NCBI GenBank assembly: GCA_964057225.1
Contig: OZ059896.1
Coordinates: 15,748,001 to 15,812,000, forward strand
Reading direction: 5' to 3'
DNA: 64,000 nucleotides
Origin: Auanema rhodensis
Taxonomy: Eukaryota > Animalia > Nematoda
Made by a program: the position numbers and the translations under genes. Each line of letters opens with the position of its first letter. Position 1 is the stretch's first letter. The notes below the pieces were generated by a model. The model had not been told where the DNA came from. It did no database searches and saw nothing but the letters and a program-made list of their open reading frames with translations. Positions 10,933 through 22,739 of the stretch are shown here, piece after piece.

Positions 10933-13900
10933 AAATGAAAGAGGACATCTTTCAACCCGTTTTTTCTTTTTTCTTAAGTGTAAGTGTGAATATAACATAT
11001 ATATAATAATTAAAATAATTGTTTTAAACCTAAGATAGAGTAAACATTGAAATGAAAAAGATAATTTTAAAATTTTGTAATATAAAGCTCTTAACTTTTT
11101 CATTTTTTTTTTAAAATTAAAACACAAATATCTGAAGATATACATATATAAAAATATGTGAATAATAAAAGTTTCAAAGTGAAATTAATATATAAATATA
11201 TATATATCTACATATATACATATATATGGGTTCGAATAAGGGTAGTTAGATAACTATATACATAGTATATCTATTCTTGTTTTTTTTTCTTTAGAAAATA
11301 GAAAAAAAGCTTAAATATGAGTGAATGACATTGAGGAAAAAGAAGAATGTACATAAATAGTAAACCATTCAAAATTTTGCTTCTCCTGCTTGAATAGTGT
11401 TTTGAGATGACGTTATAGGATTGCAGTATACTGACGTTTACTTTTCAAAAAATTAAATTGGTCAGCGAAATAGTTAAACACAATGTATTTATATATTATA
11501 AAATATTTTATTTACATTTTTACATATATTGTTTCAATAAAATTTTTGTTGATTGATGTCGAAAATACTACACTAGATAAGTATAGATAAGTATTTAAAA
11601 AAATAAATTATATACTATATTTAGCCATATATATATATATATATATATATAACTATATATATGTATAAGTATTGAGCTTTTACTAAAAGTGTTTGACAAC
11701 TTTGGGAACGAGGAAGGTGATCTTCCTGAGAAAAAGTAATTATAAATGAGAAGCTTTTCGTACTTGGTAATGAGTGGTGTTTTCAGGAATTCAAGTACAT
11801 ATACGCTTATTATTAAAGATTTTTTGGCAGAAAAATAAATCAGAATTTATTAAAATAAATATTAATTATAAATAAGTTCAAACAATAATATATATATACA
11901 TACTATACATTTAGATTTTTTTGTTGTTGTTCAAGATTTTATGAGAAAGGTCACTTAAGACATTTGTTTAAGACGTAGTTTTAAATGTGCTTAAATCAAC
12001 GTTAAGTTAGCTAGATCATATATGATGCAAAAGAATAGAAGATGCAATAAAACATCAAGAAGGAGACGATGAATGTCAGTATATCAATTAAAGAATTTGA
12101 AAGGATGATTAAGGAAGAAGCAAAACAGACAAATTACGCATTTAGTAATCGTTTATAGCAGCATAATTAACAACTTCAATGTTTAAAGGGAAAATAATTA
12201 TACACATACTAAGTTACGTGTTTTATAAATTAAAAATAAAATAAAAAAATAGATAGGTAAAAGGCAGATTTGAAAGAATTTTCATTTGTTCCTTTTAAAA
12301 AATCTCAAACATGAAGACATGTATGTATGCATGTATGCTTTGGTCATATCTCACTTCTCACACATTCCTCTCATTTAAATAGCATTCATGAATTTTAATA
12401 AATATTTGTTTATTATAGAAGATAATAATGCAAGAAATATGAAAGAAGATAGTTCTGAGTTTATGGATTGGACGCGTCCAATAAAAAAGAAAAAAAAAAC
12501 AAAAATGACGAACTTTATCTATTTACATATTCGCATTTTGAGAAGACCAATCCATATATTATGTTAGAATAATTTGGGAAACTTCATACATACATGTATG
12601 AATAAGAAAAATTAATATTTTCAAGAAAGATAATGAGACAATCAACGAAAATTCATGAATTTTCCTGCTTAAACTTCTGTTGTAAGTCATATATTTTTCT
12701 TCAACAAGACTATATTAAGTTCTGAACTCTAATTATGTTCATGTGTGCTTATTACCTAACGTTTCTTAATTTTTCTTTTTTTTTTAGAAAAAAAAAGTAG
12801 AAGATGAAGCCAAAAGTATTGAAGAAGAAAAATGAAACAAAAAATAGAAATATCATAGCAACGAAAATAAGTATTTTAGTTGAATTAGCTGTAATAAATA
12901 TCTAATTTTTTGAAACAAGAATAGTACTGTCTTGAGTATTAATGTGATGATTCTATTAAAATAAACAAAAATTGAAATTGAGCTGAAAAAAGTTCTTAAA
13001 AAATATGAAAATGTGGTTGTCATTCGATTAGAAAAAGAGAACAGTTGAATTGTAAATGTCAAGTATTGCTTAGAATGTCACATAAATATTTTTGGAACTA
13101 TTGAACTTTTAGAATATATATTTCATATGTTCTTAAGCATCTTTCACTCTTGCTTCCTTTCTCTTCATCTTTCTCCTAATCTCCAACCACCCCTCCCACT
13201 CCTCCCTCTCACTCCCTCTCCCTCTTTTATATTTTATCAATAAGGTATTGTACAAAAACATATTAGTTGTTAAACAATGAACTAAATTAAATTGGCTCAA
13301 TTAACATTTGAATTTGCCGCATTTTCATTTTAAAAAAGTTCACGAAACAAAAAGGTTGTTATTTCCTCTCATTCACCATTTGCCATTTCTTTTTCACTTA
13401 TCCTCATATGTTTTCATTCAATTTTTCATTTCTTCTCATTCTTCAACTCTTTGTAAGCAGTTTTTATCTTTTTTAAAAGGTCTTTACATTCATATATTGC
13501 TTTTAGTAATTTCATTGTAACCAATATGACACAGGGGAGAATAAATAAAAAAAATAATTAGTATAATGGATAAGTGAATAGTTATTATAATACTGAAACA
13601 TGAATCTTCTTTGTTTTAAGCGGAGTTTGACTCATCTTATAGCATTTACTGGTTTTCGGAGCTCATTGTCTCGAAAAATTGTCTCAGAAAGTGGCAAAAA
13701 GAGTGAGAACATGTGAGAGACAATGAGAATGCGAAGAGACATAAGAGAAATATAGAGAAAAGAGAATAAGAGAAGAGTATGGTTAAACGACTTAATGCTG
13801 AGGACATAGAAGGATAAGGAAGAAACGAAGACATCAGTCTAGAGCTCATAGACATACTGCCAGATGGGCTGAGTAAAATAAGAAGAAGAGGACTGAAGAA

Positions 13901-16900
13901 GAAGGGAAAAAGAGAAAGAGTCAGTACTAAGAACTGCCATCATCTTTTCGCATGTTCTCAGGCTTCTGCTCGTTCATCGTCAGCATCTGAATGCACAAGT
14001 ATGTCGATCTTGTTCAGTCGTTCATGGCAGAATATGATGACCTACACAGGCGAATTGCTAATCGAGAAAACTGGTAATTATCTTCTATTCTACTTCGTCT
14101 GCTTTCATTTTTCTTTGGACACATTCAGCATACAAAGAAATTTCGTAGCACATTTACATAGCTTCCAATAGCTTTAAGGGTTTGAAATATGACGAATATA
14201 ATGAAAGAAAGGGGAAAATATCATGTTTTCTAGGTTTTTTTTAAATTTAAAAATAAAAAAATAAAATACTATCAGTGGTAAAGAGTTGTAATAAATGTAT
14301 ATACATATATCCATATATGGCTATATCATATAAATATTATTATACGTAAACCCTTGCCCCTGTCAAACGAAGTAATCATGTACGTATAGATAGATAGAAT
14401 CTTTTTTATCTAACTAGCTATATTATAATATTACATTAAAAGAATTTTCTTATATTACATATAATACATTGTAAATTATATAATATAAATCATTAACTAT
14501 GCCTATAGTAAGTTCTGTGGGGGGGATTATATGATCCATATGTATTACATATATTCAATAATGAAAATGATCGTATCTTTCCTACAAATGTTTGATCATT
14601 TAAAATGAATGTTATAATTTAATTTAAATTTAAAAAAAAGAAGAAGAAGTAAATATTTTATTTGAATATTAACAACTTCTTATTTGTTTTCTCTTTCAAT
14701 ATTTTTCTGCAATAACGTAAGTGTCATGATAATTATCCAACATTTGTTTTCCTTCAACCCCTACAAACAAAAAAAAATAACATAAACATAAAGACGAAAT
14801 AGTTAATTTATACTAACTTTCAATTTTATCTACTGAAATTTGAAGAAAAAGTTTCGAATATACACATACACACATGAAGATAAATATATGTGTACATGCA
14901 ACATATTTCTTATTTTAACAAATAATAATAATATTCTTTGGAGTCTTAACTAAATATATACATATATATATATATTACTATTACTAGTATCTCTTACTAT
15001 TTTTCAATTCATTATACCAAAATAAGAAAATCCTATAACACATGGTTTTGGCTTGTATTCATCATACTTTAATCCTTGGATACTAATACATGAGGGATGA
15101 ACATTCATCATAAAAGCCACTACTACTGAACTTTTCAGAAAATGAAATAATACTTTTTGAATTGTTCAAAAATATAAAAGAAATATACTATATGAATAAT
15201 GAAGAAAATAAAAGAAATGAAAAAAAAATTATAATTTATAGTTTATTTCAATATAATATACATATAGTATATTTACTTTTATAAATAACAAACATAGTTT
15301 GATGTGTCTAAAATTTCTACGATTGTTTTTCTTTTTTTTTCGTTTTCTTTTATTCTTAAGCCAAAAAAATATAGTTGAATGTGCAAAAGGTTCGAAAGCA
15401 AAACGAAAGGAAATAATTATAAAGAGTCGTCGACGTATAGTTAAGAAGAAATGATTTTCGTAGATTGTATATAACTAATAAAATTCTTCGTTCTGATGGA
15501 CATCAAATCGTTTTTAATTCTGCTATAAACTGTGTACGGCGATTAAAAGTTTAATATATTAAAGAATTTCTAACTATAAAACGATAATTTAGTGAAAATT
15601 ACATAAAATTTTTAGTTATACACTTAAAATATAAAAAATACCTCGTAGACTTATTATTGAAATTATATAAAAAAATTAAATTGTTACTTATTATTCATCA
15701 TATTTACATAATAAGTTATTTTTCTCTGAAATGTATGTAAATGTGAGTAATAAAGGAAGTTTAATGATCTGAGCTGTCAGCTTAAGAGGCATATCTCAGT
15801 TGTAACTTTGGCAGACAGTTAGCAATTGGGAGGTAGTGCTAGATCTAGTTGGTTTCTTAAAACTTTGAGATATACAGAATTGAATGAAGAGAAGCAGTAG
15901 AGGGAATTTGAGTAAAAACATAGAAAGAATGAATGCGACCGTCTGCAGCAGCAAAAAGTCTAAAAATGGTTTACGTGTTTAGTCTTTACGTGGAAATAAA
16001 GAGCAATGAAGGAAATATTTAGAGAAAGAGAGAGAGAGAGTGACATACAATAAATAAACTAAGTACTTCCGGTATGTTAATTTGTTTATGAAAAAAATTA
16101 AAAACATGTTTATCCTTAAAAAAAGAAACAATATGCAAGCATTGTACATATGCAATGAATATGTGAAGCTGTGGTTGTATACGGATGTGTACAAAGCATA
16201 ATATGAAGTAGAATCTCATTTATTTGAAGAAAAATGTTAAAATGAATGAAAATGACTTTGAAAGAATGAATACAAAATGATGACATTGATGACAATGAGG
16301 CAAGTAAATTACATTAAATGAACTGAATGTTCTCCTAAGCTGGTAAATACCATGTTCATTGGTTTATAATGTTGATTATATTCTTCGAAACAATGAGAAT
16401 ATTCAATATATTCAACTAGAAAGAGAAGAAAAACTATTTTTGGCTTTTCTTCGTTTCAATATATAATATGATTAAAGAGTTTAAGTATATATGCAAATTT
16501 GGATATATAGAGAGTTGAATGTGAATCAGAGATTTCAGAGGAAATAAGTGAGCGTTGATTTAGCTTACCGAATGCAACAAGCCTTTTCTCGAATCAATTG
16601 AGATATTTTGATAAATTACCAAAGAGGGAGTCTGGCAAAGAGAGAGACAGGCTGAGAGTAACGTAAACTCTCCTAGTCATGAATCAGAATTACCCAAATT
16701 GGACACAATTCGATTCATTGTTTGCTGAGCTAGCAAGGTATATGACAGATTTTTCGAGAAATTGTTTCTTTTTATTATAATTTCTAATAAAACATATCAA
16801 ATGAGAAGACAATGTCGCATTGTCTTGTCGAAAAAATAAAGAGAAATATAATGTGACTATGAGAGTGTTGAAATAAAAAGCAGAGACAGGTAGAGGGAAA

Positions 16901-17338
16901 GAGAATGAGAGAGAGAGAGAGAGGGAGAGGGATAAAGCTTTCATGTATGTTCCATATAAAGAATTTATTTACCTTGTCCAGATGGAATAAAATAAAAAAT
17001 TCAGCATGGAACTGGACAGCATACTCTATATCCAATATTTTTATGAGCGTATAATGCTTCTATACATATAGATTTTTATATATTTTTTTATTATAATTCT
17101 ATACATTATGGTATTTTTTTAATAATTTTGAAATTTATTTATGCAAATAATAGTATATAGTTAATATTATTTTGTAGTTAACGAAGATCACAACTCATAT
17201 TTTGACAGTATCATGATAATAATTCAAAATATTTATTTTTTTTACTAATATATGTAAATAGGGAGAACAGCATATCAGAATTGCACGTTTGATAGATGTC
17301 ATTAGAAGTTTTCAAAGATAAACACTCTCTTCCTTTCC

Positions 17339-17370
17339 TCCTCTCTCTCTCTCTCTCTCTCTCTCTCCCC

Positions 17371-17411
<41 letters not shown>

Positions 17412-17450
17412 ACTCACACACACACTCTCTCTTCTTTCTCTCTTTCTCTT
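17339..17450. repeat. (CT)n/(CA)n microsatellite
   Basis: Direct reading of the sequence, just downstream of the nuclear receptor stop codon. Confidence 0.95.
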
Positions 17451-17511
17451 CGTTCTTCGATATTTCAGTTAAAATTTAAAATTACTTATTCAGAGGCTAA
17501 CTTAATGACAT

Positions 17512-20054
17512 TTAACGTACAACACTTTGTACAAATGATTCAATTTCTTCAAGACGTTTCTTGGGAAAAAACATTCGTCGTACATCATTCGAATTCACTA
17601 TTGTCAATGTTGGAGCGACCAGAAGTAGTTGAGCTGATGTTGTTGTTGGATTTACCAGATTTGAAGGTTGCATACAAGTCAAACGAGCAGCATGACAGTT
17701 CGCCAAAAGGACAGCCGCTTGCCCTTGTAATAGTTGCACATCCAATTTTGTGGGAAATTTAATTTCATCTGAAACATTATAAATGAGTTCAAAGTGTCAA
17801 GGCATACTGGTTTGAAGAACAAGGTAAACGATTAGAGAATGTCAACGAAAACCGATGAGAAATGGTTTGAGACCTGGTTTGAAAAGTAAAAAACAGTTGA
17901 TTCCCCATTGTTCCAATATAGAGGGATTGAGATCGAATATAGATTGTGCTAAGGAACGTAATTCATCCGAATATTTTTCTATAACTATTACATATGGTAA
18001 ACCAAATAATTCTAACTAACCTAATGGCATTTCACGTTGACATGTTATATTAAAGAATAATAAAGAATGCCATGATGATGTGAACAACGTCTGAAATGAA
18101 ATTTGAATGAAATACTTCAAGCTTCAAACAGTTCAACTGACGGAAAGGTATGAGAATAGTACTATTACACTACCTTTCGATCTTTTGTGTTTAATGCTGT
18201 CATTTGTGGAATTACCGACCACCAATTGATCAAGTGAGCTAATTGAGAAAGATAATCAGTTGTCCGTGAGGAAACAAGACGTTCAATAGAAAAATCTCCT
18301 GAAATAGCATTTAACATCATTAGCATTGCTTCATCCTTACGTTTCGTCTGGTTAATCATGGTTGTTGCACTTTCGAAGACATTAGGCATGGTTACCATCG
18401 AGTATGAAGTTCTGAAGAGGCATTTTCATTACAATTTCAAGAGTAAGAATAACAAGATAGACATTTGTGCAATAAAAATCTGATACCTAATACTCCTATT
18501 AAGCTTCCAAAGTCCAAAAATCTCACACTAAACTACAGAAAATAAAAAAATAAATTGTTTTTCGGTTTCAAGCTTGGTTTTGATTAAAAAAAACAGTTTA
18601 AACAGGACATATTCTAGCATAAAATAATAAAATGTCCTTCTGTTACGTAGGTGTCAGACTTTTGTCTCCACATAATTTTCAATTTATGTATATGGAGTGC
18701 CATCTTTTCGAACTCACGACTTTTTTGTTTCAGCTTTTGGTGATGTCCTTATCTGTCCTACTGAAATTCTCTCATTTTGAACAGCTGAAAATACAGATTT
18801 TTCGAAAAAGAGAAAGAAAAATAGTAAATCTAATAGAAGTGATATATAAGCATTTTGAACTTTTTAAAAGGATTTTCATATTTTAATCCTATTTTTAATT
18901 TTTATTTTGTACATACTATATACATATACATACATATTCAGATATGGAACCTTTGTTTCTCTCAGCATCTTGTGCTTTATGGATGTGTCATGAATGCTTT
19001 TCAAATTTCTAAAAATATATTTTAGGATTATAATGATGATGATCTTTGAAAATTCTGAGCGATTCGGCTATTCTGACTTTGCTCACATTATCTACTTAAA
19101 CGTTTCGTTTTCTTATTATCTTTTTCTTTTTCTTTTTCTTTTTCAAGCGCTAACGACTGCTCATCAATTCGAAGAGCATCTTCTCGAGCATCCACTACCA
19201 ATCTTCCAAATCCGGCTTTTCAGCCTTGGCTAATCGGCTTCAAGTCTACCGATAGACGCTCTTCTGCTCCTGGCGTGACACTGGGCGTGAGAACGACGTC
19301 GGCTTAGTCTCACGCTACCGTAATTCAATGCTTTTCACAAAGATCTCTTTTCTTTGGTCTTTACTTGTAAATATCAATTTTCTTCAAAAGAATTTTCCAT
19401 TTTTTGTAATCTTTTCTGTCAAATATAAACGATATGGATAGATACGTACCGTGTCGGTTCATATTGACTTGAATGCATTTCCGAAATCGACAGGATTGAC
19501 ATTGATTTCGACGTACAACATCAACAACGCAGTCATTAGACTCCTTACATGAGTACGTAAGATTTCGTCGAATTGATCTACAATTGAAACATTGTAATTT
19601 TTACTCTTCTTGTTGATAATCTATTAAAAAAAAGATAATTTTGAAATACCTCTTGAAGAATCCACGGCATCCATCACAGCTGATAACACCATAGTGGCGG
19701 CCTGAAGCTCGATCACCACAGACTAGGCAAGGCACATCTGCTTTAATCATTATTTATTTCTAAAACTGCATTAGAAATTATTTAAGATACTCAATTGTTT
19801 CTTGATAATACAACTTTAAGAGCATGTTATAATAAACGTGAAGTCAGACATTTGGTATATGAAGATGTGAGCATAAGATCAGAGGAGATACTTCGACCGT
19901 CATGAAAAGCTGTCAAAGAGAGCAATGAAGGTCTCGAAGCGCTAATTGTCTGCTACTGAATAATATCTGTTGGCGTCCGGCTCTCACGTGGGAAAAGTCG
20001 GCTCATCTTACGCACTCCTGATGCTTCTCCAGTAGGACTAGAGGTTTTTACCAT
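17512..20054 (-). CDS. Nuclear hormone receptor, NR2E (tailless/PNR-like) type, P-box CDGCRG, with divergent compact LBD
   Basis: Exons 19988-20054 (tentative start), 19650-19737/19740 ([29 protein letters not shown]), 19450-19577 ([42 protein letters not shown]), 18718-18784 (AVQNER), 18174-18411, 18021-18090 ([13 protein letters not shown]), 17874-17978 (..LLFKP) and 17512-17768. Phases are consistent. From memory it resembles insect PNR-like/NR2E6 and nematode nhr-236, but orthology is not verified. Confidence 0.92.
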
Positions 20055-20194
20055 CCCTTTTATGGTCAACGTCGAGAAGTCAGCAGTTTCTCATGCAGAG
20101 CATTGAAGCTAATACGCTATTCATTATTTGATTAACACATGTATACATACATATATGTAAGTTCAATGAGGAATAATATTTTTAGCAACATTTC

Positions 20195-21683
20195 TACGTT
20201 TGCCATCATCTCACGTAAGTTTCACGTTTGCCATCATCTCACGTAAGTTCACGTTTACCATCATCTCACGTAATTTTCACGTTTACCATCATCTCACGTA
20301 AGTTCACGTTTACCATCATCTCACGTAATTTTCACGTTTACCATCTTCTCACGTAAGTTTCACGTTTGCCATCATCTCACGTAAGTTCACGTTTACCATC
20401 ATCTCACGTAATTTTCACGTTTACCATCTTCTCACGTAAGTTTCACGTTTGCCATCATCTCACGTAAGTTTCACGTTTGCCATCATCTCACGTAAGTTCA
20501 CGTTTACCATCATCTCACGTAATTTTCACGTTTGCCATCATCTCACGTAAGTTTCACGTTTGCCATCATCTCACGTAAGTTCACGTTTACCATCATCTCA
20601 CGTAATTTTCACGTTTACCATCATCTCACGTAAGTTCACGTTTACCATCATCTCACGTAATTTTCACGTTTACCATCTTCTCACGTAAGTTTCACGTTTG
20701 CCATCATCTCACGTAAGTTCACGTTTACCATCATCTCACGTAATTTTCACGTTTACCATCTTCTCACGTAAGTTTCACGTTTGCCATCATCTCACGTAAG
20801 TTTCACGTTTGCCATCATCTCACGTAAGTTTCACGTTTGCCATCATCTCACGTAAGTTTAACGTTTGCCATCATCTCACGTAAGTTTCACGTGTATCATC
20901 ATCTTATGTAAGTTTCACGTCTACTATCTTCTCACGTAAGTTTCACGTGTATCATCTTCTCACCTACGTTTCACGTGTATCATCTTCTCACGTAAGTTCA
21001 CGTTTACCATCATCTCACGTAAGTTTCACGTGTATCATCTTCTCACCTACGTTTCACGTGTATCATCTTCTCACGTAAGTTCACGTTTACCATCATCTTA
21101 CGTAAGTTTCACGTGTATCATCTTCTCACCTAAGTTTTACGTGAACCATCATCTCACGTAAGTTTCACGTTTTCCATCATCTCACGTAAGTTTCACGCTT
21201 GCCATCATCTCACGTAAGTTTCACGTGTATCATCATCTCACGTAAGTTTAACGTTTGCCATCATCTCACGTAAGTTTCACGTCTACTATCTTCTCACGTA
21301 AGTTTCACGTGTATCATCTTCTCACGTAAGTTCACGTTTACCATCATCTCACGTAAGTTTCACGTGTATCATCTTCTCACGTAAGTTCACGTTTACCATC
21401 ATCTCACGTAAGTTTCACGTGTATCATCTTCTCACCTAAGTTTTACGTGAACCATCATCTCACGTAAGTTTCACGTTTTCCATCATCTCACGTAAGTTTC
21501 ACGTTTGCCATCATCTCACCTAAGTTTCACGTGTATCATCTTCTCACCTAAGTTTCACGTGTATCATCTTCTCACCTAAGTTTCACGTTTGCCATCATCT
21601 CACCTAAGTTTCACGTGTATCATCTTCTCACCTAAGTTTCACGTGTATCATCTTCAGACCTAAGTTTTACGTGAACCATCATC
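20195..21683. repeat. Minisatellite, 27-28-bp unit (consensus CACGTTTGCCATCATCTCACGTAAGTTT), about 54 copies
   Basis: Direct tandem repeats with unit variants (tttgcc/tttacc/gtgtatc/gtctact/gtgaacc; cacgtaag/cacctaag). Stop codons occur on both strands and there are no unique spacers. Copy number is estimated as array length divided by unit length. Confidence 0.97.
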
Positions 21684-21916
21684 AATTGTTTTTTATCATT
21701 AATTAGTTTAAGAGTTCATTTGCATATCTTTAAGTAACTATTATATTATATATTTATAAATATTTATTTGGCCGTTTATTCCTGAGATATTATAATTTAC
21801 ATAATTTCAATGAAATACTGCAAATAAACTATAAAAACTTAAAAATGTATTTTTTTGATTGAAATATAATACTTTTTTAATTTGTAAAAGTTTTAATATG
21901 TTATATAAACATTATT

Positions 21917-22739
21917 TTAAACAGGCTGCATTAACTTTTGCAAGCCGGTAGCGTCCTCTGGATTAGTCATAACAATTTCCCCGTCAGTTTTTGCTTCAAA
22001 GTACTTGAGTGTAACATGAAATACGGATAATTTCCAAAATAATATAACACCAATTAGTAGAACAATAGCCTTGATTAGCACAACAATTGCAATACGTGTC
22101 CAGAAATCTTCATGATGACCTATTGATAAGAACATATGTATAAAGTTATATCATATATACTATACCTTGTCCATAAAATTTTAAAAAGTAATCAGTACTG
22201 AATATTCCAATAATGAATTGAAATACGGTAATGATCATCCAAGTAAAAAATTTTAATCCCTTAATTATAGATTAGTTAGATATATTAATATTATATAGTT
22301 ATGATATACTACTTAAGATTTACTTACAGTGACTATAACTAATGGCCACATGAAACGATGACGTTCTTTCTTCAAAGCATATAATGTGACAAGCAATAGA
22401 AGAATATCAAATCCTAAAATCTTATTTGATCTTCAACGTCAATCATTTGTACAAGCAGAAACACCAAAATAATAAATGAACTAACCTATCCATAATAGAA
22501 AATATGGAAACAGGAATAACATGTAAAATGGAATAATTAGAACTTCTAGTATTATGAAAAATTTGGTGACATTCGAAAAAATATATAATTTATAATATGA
22601 AATATAGTTAATGACTTACAAGAACATGAAATGCTCCACGAGCACATCGATAATTAGCATTTGTCTCCTCATATTCAACATCATGATTAAATAAATTTGT
22701 AAAATATTGATGAATAGGAACTTTATCAAATAAGATCAT
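21917..22739 (-). CDS. Four-transmembrane small membrane protein (nematode LAPTM-like topology)
   Basis: Exons 22620-22739 (M...NYRCARGAFHVL), 22486-22573 (NVTKFFIILEVLIIPFYMLFLFPYFLLWI), 22328-22413 (GFDILLLLVTLYALKKERHRFMWPLVIVT), 22166-22259 and 21917-22119. There are four hydrophobic segments. The ATG lies 2 nt after a TTTCAG. The first intron lacks a canonical AG (see findings). Confidence 0.75.

Noticed and set aside
17505-17762. 85-aa + strand ORF
   Set aside because: Antisense to the last exon of the nuclear receptor.
20195-21683. CRISPR-like appearance of the 27-28-bp array
   Set aside because: Units abut with no unique spacers, there are no cas genes, and the context is eukaryotic.
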